Source: a plasmid. Taken from it: a DNA stretch of 64,000 bases. The translations under genes were made by a program, and so were the position numbers. The stretch is taken from sequence record NZ_CP145666.1; one strand, 5' to 3'. This document shows positions 51,006-60,896 of this stretch, piece by piece. The notes beneath the pieces were generated by a model. That model did no database searches, had not been told where the DNA came from, and worked only from the letters and a program-made list of their open reading frames with translations. Numbering within the stretch: position 1 is the stretch's first letter; each line of letters opens with the position of its first letter.

Positions 51006-52817
51006 ATGCCGTTAATTGCAGGGATCGATATCGGCAACGCCACCACTGAAGTGGCGTTGGCGCAGGATGGCCGGTTTATCGGCAGCGGGATTGTCGCCAC
51101 GACCGGGATGAAAGGCACGCGGGAGAATATCGCCGGGGTGGTCGCGTCCCTGCAGCAGGCGCTGGATAAAACGCCGTGGTCGCTGCAGGACGTGGCAAAA
51201 ATCTGCATCAACGAGGCCGCACCGGTGATTGGCGATGTGGCGATGGAAACCATCACTGAAACCATCATTACCGAATCAACGATGATTGGTCATAACCCGC
51301 AAACGCCCGGCGGCGTTGGCGTGGGCATGGGAACCACCATCGCCGTGGAGAAGTTGGCGGCGTTGAGCGAGGATCGATTTGCCCAGGGCTGGATACCGTT
51401 GGTGGGTGAGGAGATGGATTTCCTTGAGGCGGTTTGGTTTATCAATGAAGCGCTGGATCGCGGCGTCAACGTGGTGGCGGCCATCCTGAAAAAAGATGAT
51501 GGCGTGCTGGTGAATAATCGCCTGCATCGGCCAATACCGGTGGTTGATGAAGTCACTCTACTGGAGAAGGTGCCGGAAGGCGTGCTGGCGGCGGTGGAAG
51601 TGGCGGCCCCGGGACAGGTGGTGCGGGTGCTGTCGAATCCTTACGGTATCGCAACCTTCTTTGCCCTGACCCCTGAGGAAACACAAACTATTGTCCCCAT
51701 CGCCAGAGCGCTGATTGGCAACCGTTCCGCTGTGGTGCTGAAAACCCCGCAGGGAGATGTGCGATCAAGAGTGATCCCGGCGGGTAAGATCTTTATCCGT
51801 GGTGAAAAGCGTGGCGGTGAAGCCGACGTAGCGCAAGGCGCGCAGGCCATTATGCAGGCGATGAGCGCCTGCGCGCCCGTGTGTGATATTCGTGGTGAAG
51901 CAGGCACGCACGCAGGCGGCATGCTGGAGCGGGTGCGAAAGGTAATGGCGTCCCTGACCGGCCATGAGATGAGCGCGATATACATCCAGGATCTGCTGGC
52001 GGTGGATACGTTTATTCCGCGCAAGGTGCAGGGCGGGATGGCCGGCGAGTGCGCCATGGAAAATGCCGTCGGGATGGCGGCGATGGTGAAAGCGGACCGT
52101 CTGCAAATGCAGGTTATCGCCCGCGAACTGAGCGCCCGACTGCAGACCGAGGTGGTGGTGGGCGGCGTGGAGGCCAACATGGCCATCGCCGGGGCGTTAA
52201 CCACTCCCGGCTGTGCGGCGCCGCTGGCGATCCTCGATCTCGGCGCCGGCTCGACGGATGCGGCGATCGTCAACGCGGAGGGGCAGATAACGGCGGTCCA
52301 TCTCGCCGGGGCGGGGAATATGGTCAGCCTGTTGATTAAAACCGAGCTGGGCCTCGAGGATCTTTCGCTGGCGGAAGCGATAAAAAAATACCCGCTGGCC
52401 AAAGTGGAAAGCCTGTTCAGTATTCGTCACGAGAATGGCGCGGTGGAGTTCTTTCGGGAAGCCCTCAGCCCGGCGGTGTTCGCCAAAGTGGTGTACATCA
52501 AGGAGGGCGAACTGGTGCCGATCGATAACGCCAGCCCGCTGGAAAAAATTCGTCTCGTGCGCCGGCAGGCGAAAGAGAAAGTGTTTGTCACCAACTGCCT
52601 GCGCGCGCTGCGCCAGGTCTCACCCGGCGGTTCCATTCGCGATATCGCCTTTGTGGTGCTGGTGGGCGGCTCATCGCTGGACTTTGAGATCCCGCAGCTT
52701 ATCACGGAAGCCTTGTCGCACTATGGCGTAGTCGCCGGGCAGGGCAATATTCGGGGAACAGAAGGGCCGCGCAATGCGGTCGCCACCGGGCTGCTACTGG
52801 CCGGTCAGGCGAATTAA
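51006..52817 (+). CDS. dhaF: glycerol dehydratase reactivase large (alpha) subunit (DhaF/GdrA, orfZ)
   Basis: MPLIAGIDIGNATTEVALA is an ASKHA-fold reactivase N-terminus. 603 aa. Confidence 0.9.
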   Translation: MPLIAGIDIGNATTEVALAQDGRFIGSGIVATTGMKGTRENIAGVVASLQQALDKTPWSLQDVAKICINEAAPVIGDVAMETITETIITESTMIGHNPQTPGGVGVGMGTTIAVEKLAALSEDRFAQGWIPLVGEEMDFLEAVWFINEALDRGVNVVAAILKKDDGVLVNNRLHRPIPVVDEVTLLEKVPEGVLAAVEVAAPGQVVRVLSNPYGIATFFALTPEETQTIVPIARALIGNRSAVVLKTPQGDVRSRVIPAGKIFIRGEKRGGEADVAQGAQAIMQAMSACAPVCDIRGEAGTHAGGMLERVRKVMASLTGHEMSAIYIQDLLAVDTFIPRKVQGGMAGECAMENAVGMAAMVKADRLQMQVIARELSARLQTEVVVGGVEANMAIAGALTTPGCAAPLAILDLGAGSTDAAIVNAEGQITAVHLAGAGNMVSLLIKTELGLEDLSLAEAIKKYPLAKVESLFSIRHENGAVEFFREALSPAVFAKVVYIKEGELVPIDNASPLEKIRLVRRQAKEKVFVTNCLRALRQVSPGGSIRDIAFVVLVGGSSLDFEIPQLITEALSHYGVVAGQGNIRGTEGPRNAVATGLLLAGQAN

Positions 52818-52870
52818 ACGGGCGCTCGCGCCAGCCTCTCTCTTTAACGTGCTATTTCAGGATGCCGATA

Positions 52871-53674
52871 ATGAACCAGACTTCTACCTTAACCGGGCAG
52901 TGCGTGGCCGAGTTTCTTGGCACCGGATTGCTCATTTTCTTCGGCGCGGGCTGCGTCGCTGCGCTGCGGGTCGCCGGGGCCAGCTTTGGTCAGTGGGAGA
53001 TCAGTATTATCTGGGGCCTTGGCGTCGCCATGGCCATCTACCTGACGGCCGGTGTCTCCGGCGCGCACCTTAATCCGGCGGTGACCATTGCCCTGTGGCT
53101 GTTCGCCTGTTTTGAACGCCGCAAGGTGCTGCCGTTTATTGTTGCCCAGACGGCCGGGGCCTTCTGCGCCGCCGCGCTGGTGTATGGGCTCTATCGCCAG
53201 CTGTTTCTCGATCTTGAACAGAGTCAGCATATCGTGCGCGGCACTGCCGCCAGCCTTAACCTGGCCGGGGTCTTTTCCACGTACCCGCATCCACATATCA
53301 CTTTTATACAAGCGTTTGCCGTTGAGACCACCATCACGGCAATCCTGATGGCGATGATCATGGCCCTGACCGACGACGGCAACGGAATTCCGCGCGGGCC
53401 GCTGGCGCCGTTGCTGATTGGCTTGCTGATCGCCGTGATCGGCGCGTCGATGGGGCCGCTAACCGGCTTTGCGCTGAATCCGGCGCGCGACTTCGGCCCA
53501 AAACTGTTTACCAGTCTGGCCGGGTGGGGCTCGATCGCCTTTACCGGTGTGCTGGCGATCCCTTACTTTCTGGTGCCGCTGCTGGCGCCGGTGGTGGGGG
53601 CGATTATCGGGGCGTTTTTGTATCGCAAGCTTATCGGCCGCTTTCTGCCGTGCGAATGCGGTATCGATGAGTAA
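52871..53674 (+). CDS. glpF: glycerol uptake facilitator (aquaglyceroporin)
   Basis: Two NPA motifs (NPAVT, NPARD). Collinear with E. coli GlpF. Confidence 0.85.
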   Translation: MNQTSTLTGQCVAEFLGTGLLIFFGAGCVAALRVAGASFGQWEISIIWGLGVAMAIYLTAGVSGAHLNPAVTIALWLFACFERRKVLPFIVAQTAGAFCAAALVYGLYRQLFLDLEQSQHIVRGTAASLNLAGVFSTYPHPHITFIQAFAVETTITAILMAMIMALTDDGNGIPRGPLAPLLIGLLIAVIGASMGPLTGFALNPARDFGPKLFTSLAGWGSIAFTGVLAIPYFLVPLLAPVVGAIIGAFLYRKLIGRFLPCECGIDE

Positions 53675-53684
53675 AGCGGGACCC

Positions 53685-53737
53685 GCCGCAGCGCGGCGGG
53701 TTTCCCCGGCCTGATGCCGGGGGGGTTATTTTTTGAT
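53685..53737. terminator. tandem GC hairpins with T-run, a bidirectional terminator between glpF and hdeB
   Basis: CCCGCCGCAGCGCGGCGGG and CCCCGGCctgatGCCGGGG followed by GGGTTATTTTTT. Confidence 0.5.
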
Positions 53738-54064
53738 GACCGCGCTGAGATCGCCAAGTTTAGCGGCGGGGTTCTTGTGGCACTCCTGCAGCATTTTCGG
53801 TACCGAAACGGTCTCGACTTCATGCCAGTCAACATAGTCGCCGCCGCTAAAGTCGGTGTTGCGATTCACTACCCAGAAGGCCACCGGGGTCATGCTTTTT
53901 GGGTTCATATCCATAAATTCCTGACAGGTCATATTCTGCGGCGTGGTTTCCTCAACCGCGAACGCCGGGCTGGTCATCAGACAGAATGTGGTAGCCGCCA
54001 CGGTCAATACGAGTGCTTTAGGGAAGGTGCGAACAAGTCCCTGATATGAGATCATGTTTGTCAT
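53726..54064 (-). CDS. hdeB: acid-stress periplasmic chaperone HdeB homolog whose start codon and first residues are supplied by the IS5 end remnant
   Basis: The mature region aligns with E. coli HdeB (MTCQEFMDMNPKSMTPVAFW vs MTCQEFIDLNPKAMTPVAWW). N-terminal MTNMISYQGLVRTF is encoded inside the IS5 terminal sequence. Confidence 0.6.
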   Translation of the reverse strand: MTNMISYQGLVRTFPKALVLTVAATTFCLMTSPAFAVEETTPQNMTCQEFMDMNPKSMTPVAFWVVNRNTDFSGGDYVDWHEVETVSVPKMLQECHKNPAAKLGDLSAVIKK

Positions 54065-54095
54065 CTGGAGCCATGGAACAGGGTTCATTATGAGG
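54022..54095 (+). mobile_element. IS5 left-end remnant (about 74 bp, terminal inverted repeat plus leader), remainder deleted
   Basis: GGAAGGTGCGAACAAGTCCCTGATATGAGATCATGTTTGTCATCTGGAGCCATGGAACAGGGTTCAT matches the IS5 left terminus, then diverges from IS5 after ATGAG. Preceded by TTAG. Confidence 0.75.
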
Positions 54096-54494
54096 CGATT
54101 GATTGAGCCAGAACTGGCAGAAAAGGCCGTACTGAAAATGGATGCCAATGGCTTTGAAGAATGCCTGTCTTTGTGCCAAAAGCTGCGTTCCGCATATGAA
54201 CGTAGGGATGTTTATCTGGCGCACCAGCTAAACCTCACTCTGCGGCTGAAGCTTTACATATACGCCGGTCTGCCTGAGTTTTTCAAAATTGTAACCCAAC
54301 TGTGGATTAACCTGTGGCCAACTCTGAGTTACACGTTCGAATCTGACTCGGAGGATAAATGGCCAATATTTTTCTCGTCGCTTGAACTCGCTCTTTCAAA
54401 CAGGGATGCAGGGGCAGCAGCAGATGCCATTAGAGAGTCACTGGATAAGGGGTTGCGGATCTATCTCAGCTTGTTAACCGAGCAAGGTGAGTAA
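54054..54494 (+). CDS. ORF starting inside the IS5 remnant, possibly the 3' fragment of a regulator left by an IS5-mediated deletion
   Basis: Only an ORF. The first residues derive from the IS5 leader. Weak call. Confidence 0.2.
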   Translation: MFVIWSHGTGFIMRRLIEPELAEKAVLKMDANGFEECLSLCQKLRSAYERRDVYLAHQLNLTLRLKLYIYAGLPEFFKIVTQLWINLWPTLSYTFESDSEDKWPIFFSSLELALSNRDAGAAADAIRESLDKGLRIYLSLLTEQGE

Positions 54495-54520
54495 ACCGGC
54501 TACTAGTAGCCGGTTCGGAT

Positions 54521-54907
54521 TCAACGTTTGAGGGTTTGCATCATCAGGGAGGGTTTAGGAATTGGTTCTTTCTGCTCAGCAGGCTTATCCGAATCAATGA
54601 TGGTTGTTGCTCGGATACCTGTGGCCTGGGTTTCCACTGGTGAAGAATTCCGTTCAACGGCAATGCCCAGCGTTTGCGACAGAATGTTGCTCAGCGTTTC
54701 GGCATTAAACGATGTCGTGGTTTGTGCGGCCAGCAAATTTATTAACCGAGGGTCGAGCTCATGCAAGGCAGACGCAATTACCAGTGCCTTACGGTAAAAT
54801 TCCCCCCGGGATCGGCGGGGTAAGCGCTCCATAATATCAAGAGCTTTACCGTCTTCTGGATTATTGCCGGGGCGGAGCCAGACGAGTAAACGTTTATCTT
54901 CTTCCAT
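54521..54907 (-). CDS. parR: ParR/StbB-like plasmid partition adaptor
   Basis: 128-aa ORF immediately downstream of the ParM homolog with an RHH-like N-terminus (MEEDKRLLVWLRPG). Start set at 54907. Confidence 0.55.
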   Translation of the reverse strand: MEEDKRLLVWLRPGNNPEDGKALDIMERLPRRSRGEFYRKALVIASALHELDPRLINLLAAQTTTSFNAETLSNILSQTLGIAVERNSSPVETQATGIRATTIIDSDKPAEQKEPIPKPSLMMQTLKR

Positions 54908-54920
54908 CACATAACCTCGT

Positions 54921-55883
54921 TTAGACGCTTGCCATTGCTTTGACGAGCGCGAGCTGCGCGTCAGGCGCTTTGATGACATCCAGCTTAGGGAATAGTTCGA
55001 CAATATGAGAATGGATGAGCTCAGCACCGCCCCCGGCCAGTATGATTTTGTGGACGCTGTTCTGACGACGTATATCAGCTGCAACAGCTTCGGCCAGATT
55101 TTTCGACTCAGAATCGATAACGTCAATGATGGCATCAATTTTAGAGTGATCATTGACCGCAGAAGCAATCAACGCTCTATCATGACGGTTTTTAATGATG
55201 ATATCCGCAATGGCATAACTACTTGGAGACTGGGCATCCTGGAGCGCAGCCATAACAGCTTTTGTCACTCGTGAAACGCCAACATCGCTGTTGCCAAAGA
55301 TATCAGATATGCCCTCCATTGCCCCCTGAATGATGGCCAGGTCTAGGGTTGTTCCCCCCAGATCGACAACCAGGGTTCGTGTAAGCTGCGTGGTTGTTTT
55401 AGGATCAATCAGATATTCAGCCGCAGGTACTGATTCAGGCATTACGTTAACTTTTACAACATGAAAAGTTTCGCCATTATTCAGGGTTATTGGGCCCATA
55501 ACGTTGGCCTTTTTCTTTTCAATATTAGCTTCGTTCAACTGCGCATCGCTCGTGAAGAACATGGCCACCGGCAGTGTCACTGTAAGTTCAACATCCTGTG
55601 GCTCAAGACCGGAAGTCAAAAGGGCATGATGAATTGCTACGCGACTTACAGCGTCGAACTGGAAAGAGGTATGCGTTGTTGTAATTGCAGATGTTGAACC
55701 AATGTCGTGAGTAAATTTCCGCCCATCAATGAGATAGTTGTAGATAGTTTTACCACCAAATGCGAGTGGAGTAGCCCAGCCTTCGCGGAAGGCGTTCTGC
55801 GAAACATGAGTTTTGATTTCACCATTCTCAATCCAGGCAAGTTTTACGTTCGTTGAGCCGTCATCACAAGCGATGTTCATCAT
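54921..55883 (-). CDS. parM: ParM/StbA actin-like plasmid segregation ATPase
   Basis: NIACDDGSTNVKLAW vs ParM VFIDDGSTNIKLQW. Also VVDLGGTTLD, HHALLTSGL and ILAGGGAELI motifs. Confidence 0.8.
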   Translation of the reverse strand: MMNIACDDGSTNVKLAWIENGEIKTHVSQNAFREGWATPLAFGGKTIYNYLIDGRKFTHDIGSTSAITTTHTSFQFDAVSRVAIHHALLTSGLEPQDVELTVTLPVAMFFTSDAQLNEANIEKKKANVMGPITLNNGETFHVVKVNVMPESVPAAEYLIDPKTTTQLTRTLVVDLGGTTLDLAIIQGAMEGISDIFGNSDVGVSRVTKAVMAALQDAQSPSSYAIADIIIKNRHDRALIASAVNDHSKIDAIIDVIDSESKNLAEAVAADIRRQNSVHKIILAGGGAELIHSHIVELFPKLDVIKAPDAQLALVKAMASV

Positions 55884-56746
55884 GGTATATACCTCATTAA
55901 AATGTTCAAAAGTATCAAAAATCTCTGCCATTTTAGATAGTAAGCCATCCTGAAGCAAGGAATGCGCACCTGTAGCGCACGTTTAATGTCCACAAAATGA
56001 CTATGAAAAGTGAATTACGAGTGAGTAAAACAGGAACGATTCTATCGGATTGAAATCTGGCGGGGTAAACGAGAAAGAGGGATGTATACGTACATGCAGA
56101 GGTCGGTAGCCCTGGAACACCAACGGAAAAAGTAACAAACCACCCGAAAAATGAACCAGTGCCACCAGACTAAATTGTGACAATCGATAGCCAATACTGC
56201 AAGAGAACCTAAGAATAAAAGGTATCGCTATATGACAGCTCAGTCGGTAAAATCGAGGAAACCATGTCGGATCACCATTGTAGTTTCTGGTTAGTTCAAT
56301 AATGAGGTATCCCCAATGACATCCATTCTGCTTACTTCTGATTCTGTTGATGGGTACACTTTTTGTATTTCTACTGATGGTAATGGATGTAAGCTGTCAG
56401 TCAGGCCAGAATACCGGCGCAATGGCACACAAACTTATGATGGCTGGTTTCCCAGATACTACTCAAAGCCTCAGTATGCTAAAGCAGCGTTAACAAGGTT
56501 CCTTGGAGAATCTGTTAACTGGTCACCACGGACGGGGCTCAGTTAGTCACAGGATACGTAACAGCCTGAGTCCGAGGATACCAACAAGTCAAGAGAACCC
56601 CCTGATAAACCCTTAACAATCAACACCTTACCTTGGTGCGCTTAATGAACCTTATGTTGAATTATGGTTAAGTAGTCGATTTTATGGTTGGAAGTGCCTG
56701 TTTGCAGTAAAATGCAGTTCATTACCTTTAACCACTGGAACTAGAC

Positions 56747-57061
56747 ATGGCTAATGAAGATCTCCCCTCTGGGTGCAAACGCTGTAAAGGATGCAATCAG
56801 GTTAAACCCTTCGAAGAATTCGGTAAGGAACTTAAGGGTAAGTTTGGCCTTAAAAGTAAATGCAAGTTGTGCATTAGCGATAAAAACAGAAATTATGCTG
56901 CCGGTTCCGGTGCAGGTGTAAAACTCCAAAACAATAAAAAATACCAGACCGAGCATAAGAGTGAACTGGCAGAAAAGATGAGAGTAAGACGGGCAAAGAA
57001 AAAATTTGGAGATAACTATGAAGCATATCTAGCATCTTTAGAAAGGATTAAAAACCTCTGA
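56747..57061 (+). CDS. hypothetical Lys-rich protein with a CxxC...CxxC zinc-ribbon
   Basis: ORF. CKRCKGC...CKLC. Confidence 0.3.
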   Translation: MANEDLPSGCKRCKGCNQVKPFEEFGKELKGKFGLKSKCKLCISDKNRNYAAGSGAGVKLQNNKKYQTEHKSELAEKMRVRRAKKKFGDNYEAYLASLERIKNL

Positions 57062-57194
57062 TAATTACATAACAACCTTAGCCAATAAGACACAAAGATT
57101 ATGTATTGTTGCTTTTATTTCAAAGCATCAACTTTATTGAAAAGTTACGCTATACACTGTGCAATTTATTATGCTGATTTAATTTGGTGATTAT

Positions 57195-57623
57195 ATGAGT
57201 TGTCATGACAGAGACATCAATAAGATCCTTCAATCATTCACTCACTTAATGGTTGAAGCAAAAAAAAGCATCTTTCATTCAAAATCAATGAAGGTTCAAG
57301 GTCTTCAGTTAGTAGATGAGTTATACATCCGTGCCCGGACGGGAAAAATGTCATACCTCGGTTCGTCGGTACTGGTAGTCGCAACCATTTCAGTGAAGAC
57401 CCCAGGCAAAGGATTTTTCAGACAGTTACTCTCGAAATTAAAAGAAGCAGCTGAGACAAATAACTACATCTTAAAGGTTGAGAATGTCATCAGCACCGAA
57501 CTTAGGGAGTTTCTTATCAGAGAGGGTTTTTCATTTCCTGGTGAACGGTGGATGTGCGGTTCCGGCTACTGGGCTCCATCATCACTTAGGCTTAATGACC
57601 AATTAAGCACCCTCCCCGTCTAA
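57195..57623 (+). CDS. hypothetical protein
   Basis: ORF only. Confidence 0.3.
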   Translation: MSCHDRDINKILQSFTHLMVEAKKSIFHSKSMKVQGLQLVDELYIRARTGKMSYLGSSVLVVATISVKTPGKGFFRQLLSKLKEAAETNNYILKVENVISTELREFLIREGFSFPGERWMCGSGYWAPSSLRLNDQLSTLPV

Positions 57624-57636
57624 TATGAGGCCGTAA

Positions 57637-58062
57637 ATGTTCATAACCCCTGAAGTTGCTTATGTCTGCGAGCTGTTACATAAATATGATGTACTTCCAC
57701 TCGAATGTGATGGTCATACTATGGTTGTAAGTTGCCTGCTAGATAGATTCTGTATACCGCACCAGCGCATCGTTGGAGAAGTAACGTTGGCTGGAACTGG
57801 CCAGATAATTCGACCTCATCTGTGGATAGAGTATGACGAATACATAATAGATTACCGCCTCCGCATGTGGGCAAGGAAAACCGAAGATAATGTTAGTCTA
57901 GTGCCTCATGGCATCTTTATCGAAGATAAAAGTCAGGCAATTTACACTGCTCAAAGAATTGCAAATAAAGCCATGATATCAGACTCGATAATTGATTTTA
58001 TGACAGATGGGTTATGGACTAAGATTCTCCTAGAAATCCCTGGTAAAAAAAGAATTACATAA
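57637..58062 (+). CDS. hypothetical protein
   Basis: ORF only. Confidence 0.3.
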   Translation: MFITPEVAYVCELLHKYDVLPLECDGHTMVVSCLLDRFCIPHQRIVGEVTLAGTGQIIRPHLWIEYDEYIIDYRLRMWARKTEDNVSLVPHGIFIEDKSQAIYTAQRIANKAMISDSIIDFMTDGLWTKILLEIPGKKRIT

Positions 58063-58214
58063 AGCAGGAGGATTAAGTTTGTTCATAAAGTTTTTCTTCA
58101 CTGACACTCAAAGCAAAGATGTCTTTTTCCAAGCACCAATCTTAGAAAATATTTGCTTTTCTACTGACTCAAGTTGGTTCATTAAAAGATGATAGTTGAA
58201 TCGCCACGGATAAT

Positions 58215-59027
58215 CTAGACACTTCCGAGCCGTTGATAATACTGGTTTTCATATTCTGTCGGTGAAATCTGATCGCTAGAACCATGCCGACGCTTACTGT
58301 TATAAAACATTTCGATGTAATCAAAAATATCGCTGCGGGCTTCTTCCCGCGTTCCGTAGATCTTTTTCTTTATCCGTTCGCGTTTCAACAATTGGAAAAA
58401 GCTTTCTGCAACCGCATTATCATGGCAGTTACCGCGACGGCTCATGCTGCCCTCCAGGCCGTGTGATTTCAGGAACGACTGCCACTCATGGCTTGTGTAC
58501 TGACTGCCCTGATCCGAATGAACCAGCACCTGTTTTTGGGGATTACGCCGCCATACAGCCATCAGCAGTGCGTTCAGGACAATGTCCTTTGCCATCCGGG
58601 ATTGCATGGACCAGCCGATAATTTTGCGTGAGAACAGATCAACAACCACGGCAAGATACAGCCAGCCTTCGTGGGTTCTGATGTAGGTTATATCCGTTAC
58701 CCAACGCTCATTCGGAGCATCCGGATTGAACTGTCGCTGGAGCCTGTTGGGCGACACGATACTGGCCTCGCCTTTACGTGCCCGCGGGCTCCGGTATCCG
58801 ACCTGAGCCTTTATCCCGACACGTTTCATCAGTCGCCAGACTCTGTTCACTCCGCACTGTTGCCCGCTGTCCCGCAGATCCAGATGGATTTTACGATAAC
58901 CATAGACGCATCCCGATTCCAGCCAGAACTGTTTAATCTGTCCTGTCAGTCTCAGGTCTGCCTGATGGCGTTGTGAATGCGGCTGCTGAAGCCAGGCGTA
59001 AAAACCACTGGGATGAACATCCAGCAC
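58215..59027 (-). CDS. IS3-family transposase OrfB (DDE integrase core)
   Basis: HSDQGSQYTS...CHDNAVAESFF is the DDE/rve motif. Closely matches E. coli IS3 InsF. Confidence 0.85.
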   Translation of the reverse strand: MLDVHPSGFYAWLQQPHSQRHQADLRLTGQIKQFWLESGCVYGYRKIHLDLRDSGQQCGVNRVWRLMKRVGIKAQVGYRSPRARKGEASIVSPNRLQRQFNPDAPNERWVTDITYIRTHEGWLYLAVVVDLFSRKIIGWSMQSRMAKDIVLNALLMAVWRRNPQKQVLVHSDQGSQYTSHEWQSFLKSHGLEGSMSRRGNCHDNAVAESFFQLLKRERIKKKIYGTREEARSDIFDYIEMFYNSKRRHGSSDQISPTEYENQYYQRLGSV

Positions 59028-59083
59028 CCGACAGAGCAGGCGAACAGGCCAGCAACAGGTGTTGTCACGGATAAAGGCGTACC

Positions 59084-59368
59084 TCAGTCGGACAGCTTTG
59101 CGAAGTACGCCGCGGCTTTTTTTAATATGTCCCGTTCGTCGGTAACCCGTTTCAGCTCTTTCTGGAGACGGCGGATCTCGGCCTGAACATCTGACTGTTC
59201 TTTATTAGTGGAAGAATCCGGACCGTACTTCTTTATCCAGGCGTAAAGGCTGTGGGTGGTGATATCGAGACGTGTTGCAACGCTGGCAACAGAATAACCG
59301 CGATCAACAACCTGTTTGACTGCTTCAATTTTAAACTCTTCGGGATAACGCTTACTGCTCATGGGCAC
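59084..59368 (-). CDS. IS3-family transposase OrfA (HTH)
   Basis: 94 aa with a leucine-zipper-like C-terminus. Followed by a -1 frameshift heptamer. Confidence 0.8.
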   Translation of the reverse strand: MPMSSKRYPEEFKIEAVKQVVDRGYSVASVATRLDITTHSLYAWIKKYGPDSSTNKEQSDVQAEIRRLQKELKRVTDERDILKKAAAYFAKLSD

Positions 59369-59830
59369 CTCTCTTTAAGCCATCTTAAATGACTCTGAGG
59401 TGTCTGTTAAACCCGTGGCGATTCAAGTCAGGAGTCTCAGCTCCAATGTTCCCTTCCCACTTTAGAATCAATTCACTTACCTTCCCTTTTAATGTTGCAA
59501 GGAGAACAAGCTGTTTCTTCGCGAATACAATCTCTTCCTGATGTATGTTTTTCTTTGCCATTGTAGTGTAGGTTCCATATCCATGTTGATTTATGTTAAG
59601 GATTACATTTTATTAACAATATTTTTATTGATTGTAAACACAAATCTCAATGGAATAGCATGAATTAAAGTCATCACGACCATTTTACCTAGTAGTATCA
59701 GCATGATAGTAAGTGAAATCAGATTATAAAAAGCAGATAGTCATATCGAACAAAAAGATAATTGAAATAAAACAAAAAACCATCACTGTTAAGTGATGGT
59801 TAATGATTTCAATATGGAATTATTTAGTAA

Positions 59831-60337
59831 TCAAACAAAATAACCAGGATTATTAATCAGATCACTTTGTTGAGTACTATGTGCCATTTCAACAAATTCA
59901 GACACGCTTGTAATTTCATTGAGTGTGGTGATTGCGAATAATCGAAAAGAAAACTCTTTATTACCTTTTCTTGGGTAGATGTTCAGGAAAAAATTCAACT
60001 TTTGACCAACCGGACACATACTTGAAACCGCAGCATAAGATTGTGTCTGTCTGAGGTACTGAGTGAGGAATTGAGCAAGATCAACACCCTCATCAGACGT
60101 TAACGACCTGGATGTCTGAACCTTTAATAACCTTACAAGGTTATCTATGGCGGTCTGAATAGGAAGAAGTTCTATCTGAGGAACCTTCAAAAAATCAGCT
60201 ATGATAATACCAAGTAACTGGCTCTGATCGTTCATGAAATTATGGATATAAAGAAAGTGTGAGTCACCGAATCTTTCAGCAGAATCATACTTAAAATTCC
60301 ATTCATTCAATACTGCACTGTACTTCATTTTATTCAT
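59831..60337 (-). CDS. hypothetical protein, AT-rich
   Basis: ORF only. Confidence 0.3.
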   Translation of the reverse strand: MNKMKYSAVLNEWNFKYDSAERFGDSHFLYIHNFMNDQSQLLGIIIADFLKVPQIELLPIQTAIDNLVRLLKVQTSRSLTSDEGVDLAQFLTQYLRQTQSYAAVSSMCPVGQKLNFFLNIYPRKGNKEFSFRLFAITTLNEITSVSEFVEMAHSTQQSDLINNPGYFV

Positions 60338-60497
60338 GGTTAGCTCCTCTTTATATAAAAAAAGATTAACGCAACATTCATCGGTGACGAAATTCTAAGA
60401 CCCGTTAATTTCGCCCCCTATTGGGGTCATAAAAAATTGTCACGCTACGGCCTGTCTGGCAGAATCCCCTGAAACCGATTTGCGATAAGTAACCCTG

Positions 60498-60896
60498 ATG
60501 AAAAACCTCATTAATGATGTTGCGACTGAAGCACGGGCATTACTGAACGGTATCCTCGCTGACTGTGATACCGATGACACAACGGGCACATGCCTATTTG
60601 CCAGTCTGCTATTAGCTCGTCTGGCACATAGCAAAGGGTTATCAGCTGTGATTAGAGGTGGCGATGGGAAATCTGACGGCGGGTTATTCACTATGTATGG
60701 CGGGTTCGGTCATTACTGGTGTGAGATCTCCAACAACGATGAATTCCATATTGTTGATATATCGGCAGATCAATTTGGCTTCGAAGGAGTTATCGTTAAG
60801 AACATCAAAGAGGTAGAAGGCTGGCCACGTTACATCCCTGGAAACCAGGATGTCGTAAATGCTGGAGTTGAGGAGCTCTTCAACCACGGATACTAA
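60498..60896 (+). CDS. hypothetical protein
   Basis: ORF only. Confidence 0.3.
   Translation: MKNLINDVATEARALLNGILADCDTDDTTGTCLFASLLLARLAHSKGLSAVIRGGDGKSDGGLFTMYGGFGHYWCEISNNDEFHIVDISADQFGFEGVIVKNIKEVEGWPRYIPGNQDVVNAGVEELFNHGY

Larger units (their letters stand above)
58197..59425 (-). mobile_element. IS3-family insertion sequence, intact, with 3-bp AGT target duplication
   Basis: Terminal inverted repeats TGAATCGCCACGG...CCGTGGCGATTCA. AGT at 58194-58196 and 59426-59428. 1229 bp. OrfA/OrfB with an A AAA AAG slippery site near 59118. Confidence 0.85.

Noticed and set aside
51641-52402. 253-aa minus-strand ORF inside dhaF
   Set aside because: Antisense artefact of a GC-rich gene. Ala/Ser/Pro/Arg-biased composition.
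55959-56300. parC centromere iterons upstream of parM
   Set aside because: No clear direct repeats were seen by eye. Cannot be supported without a repeat search.
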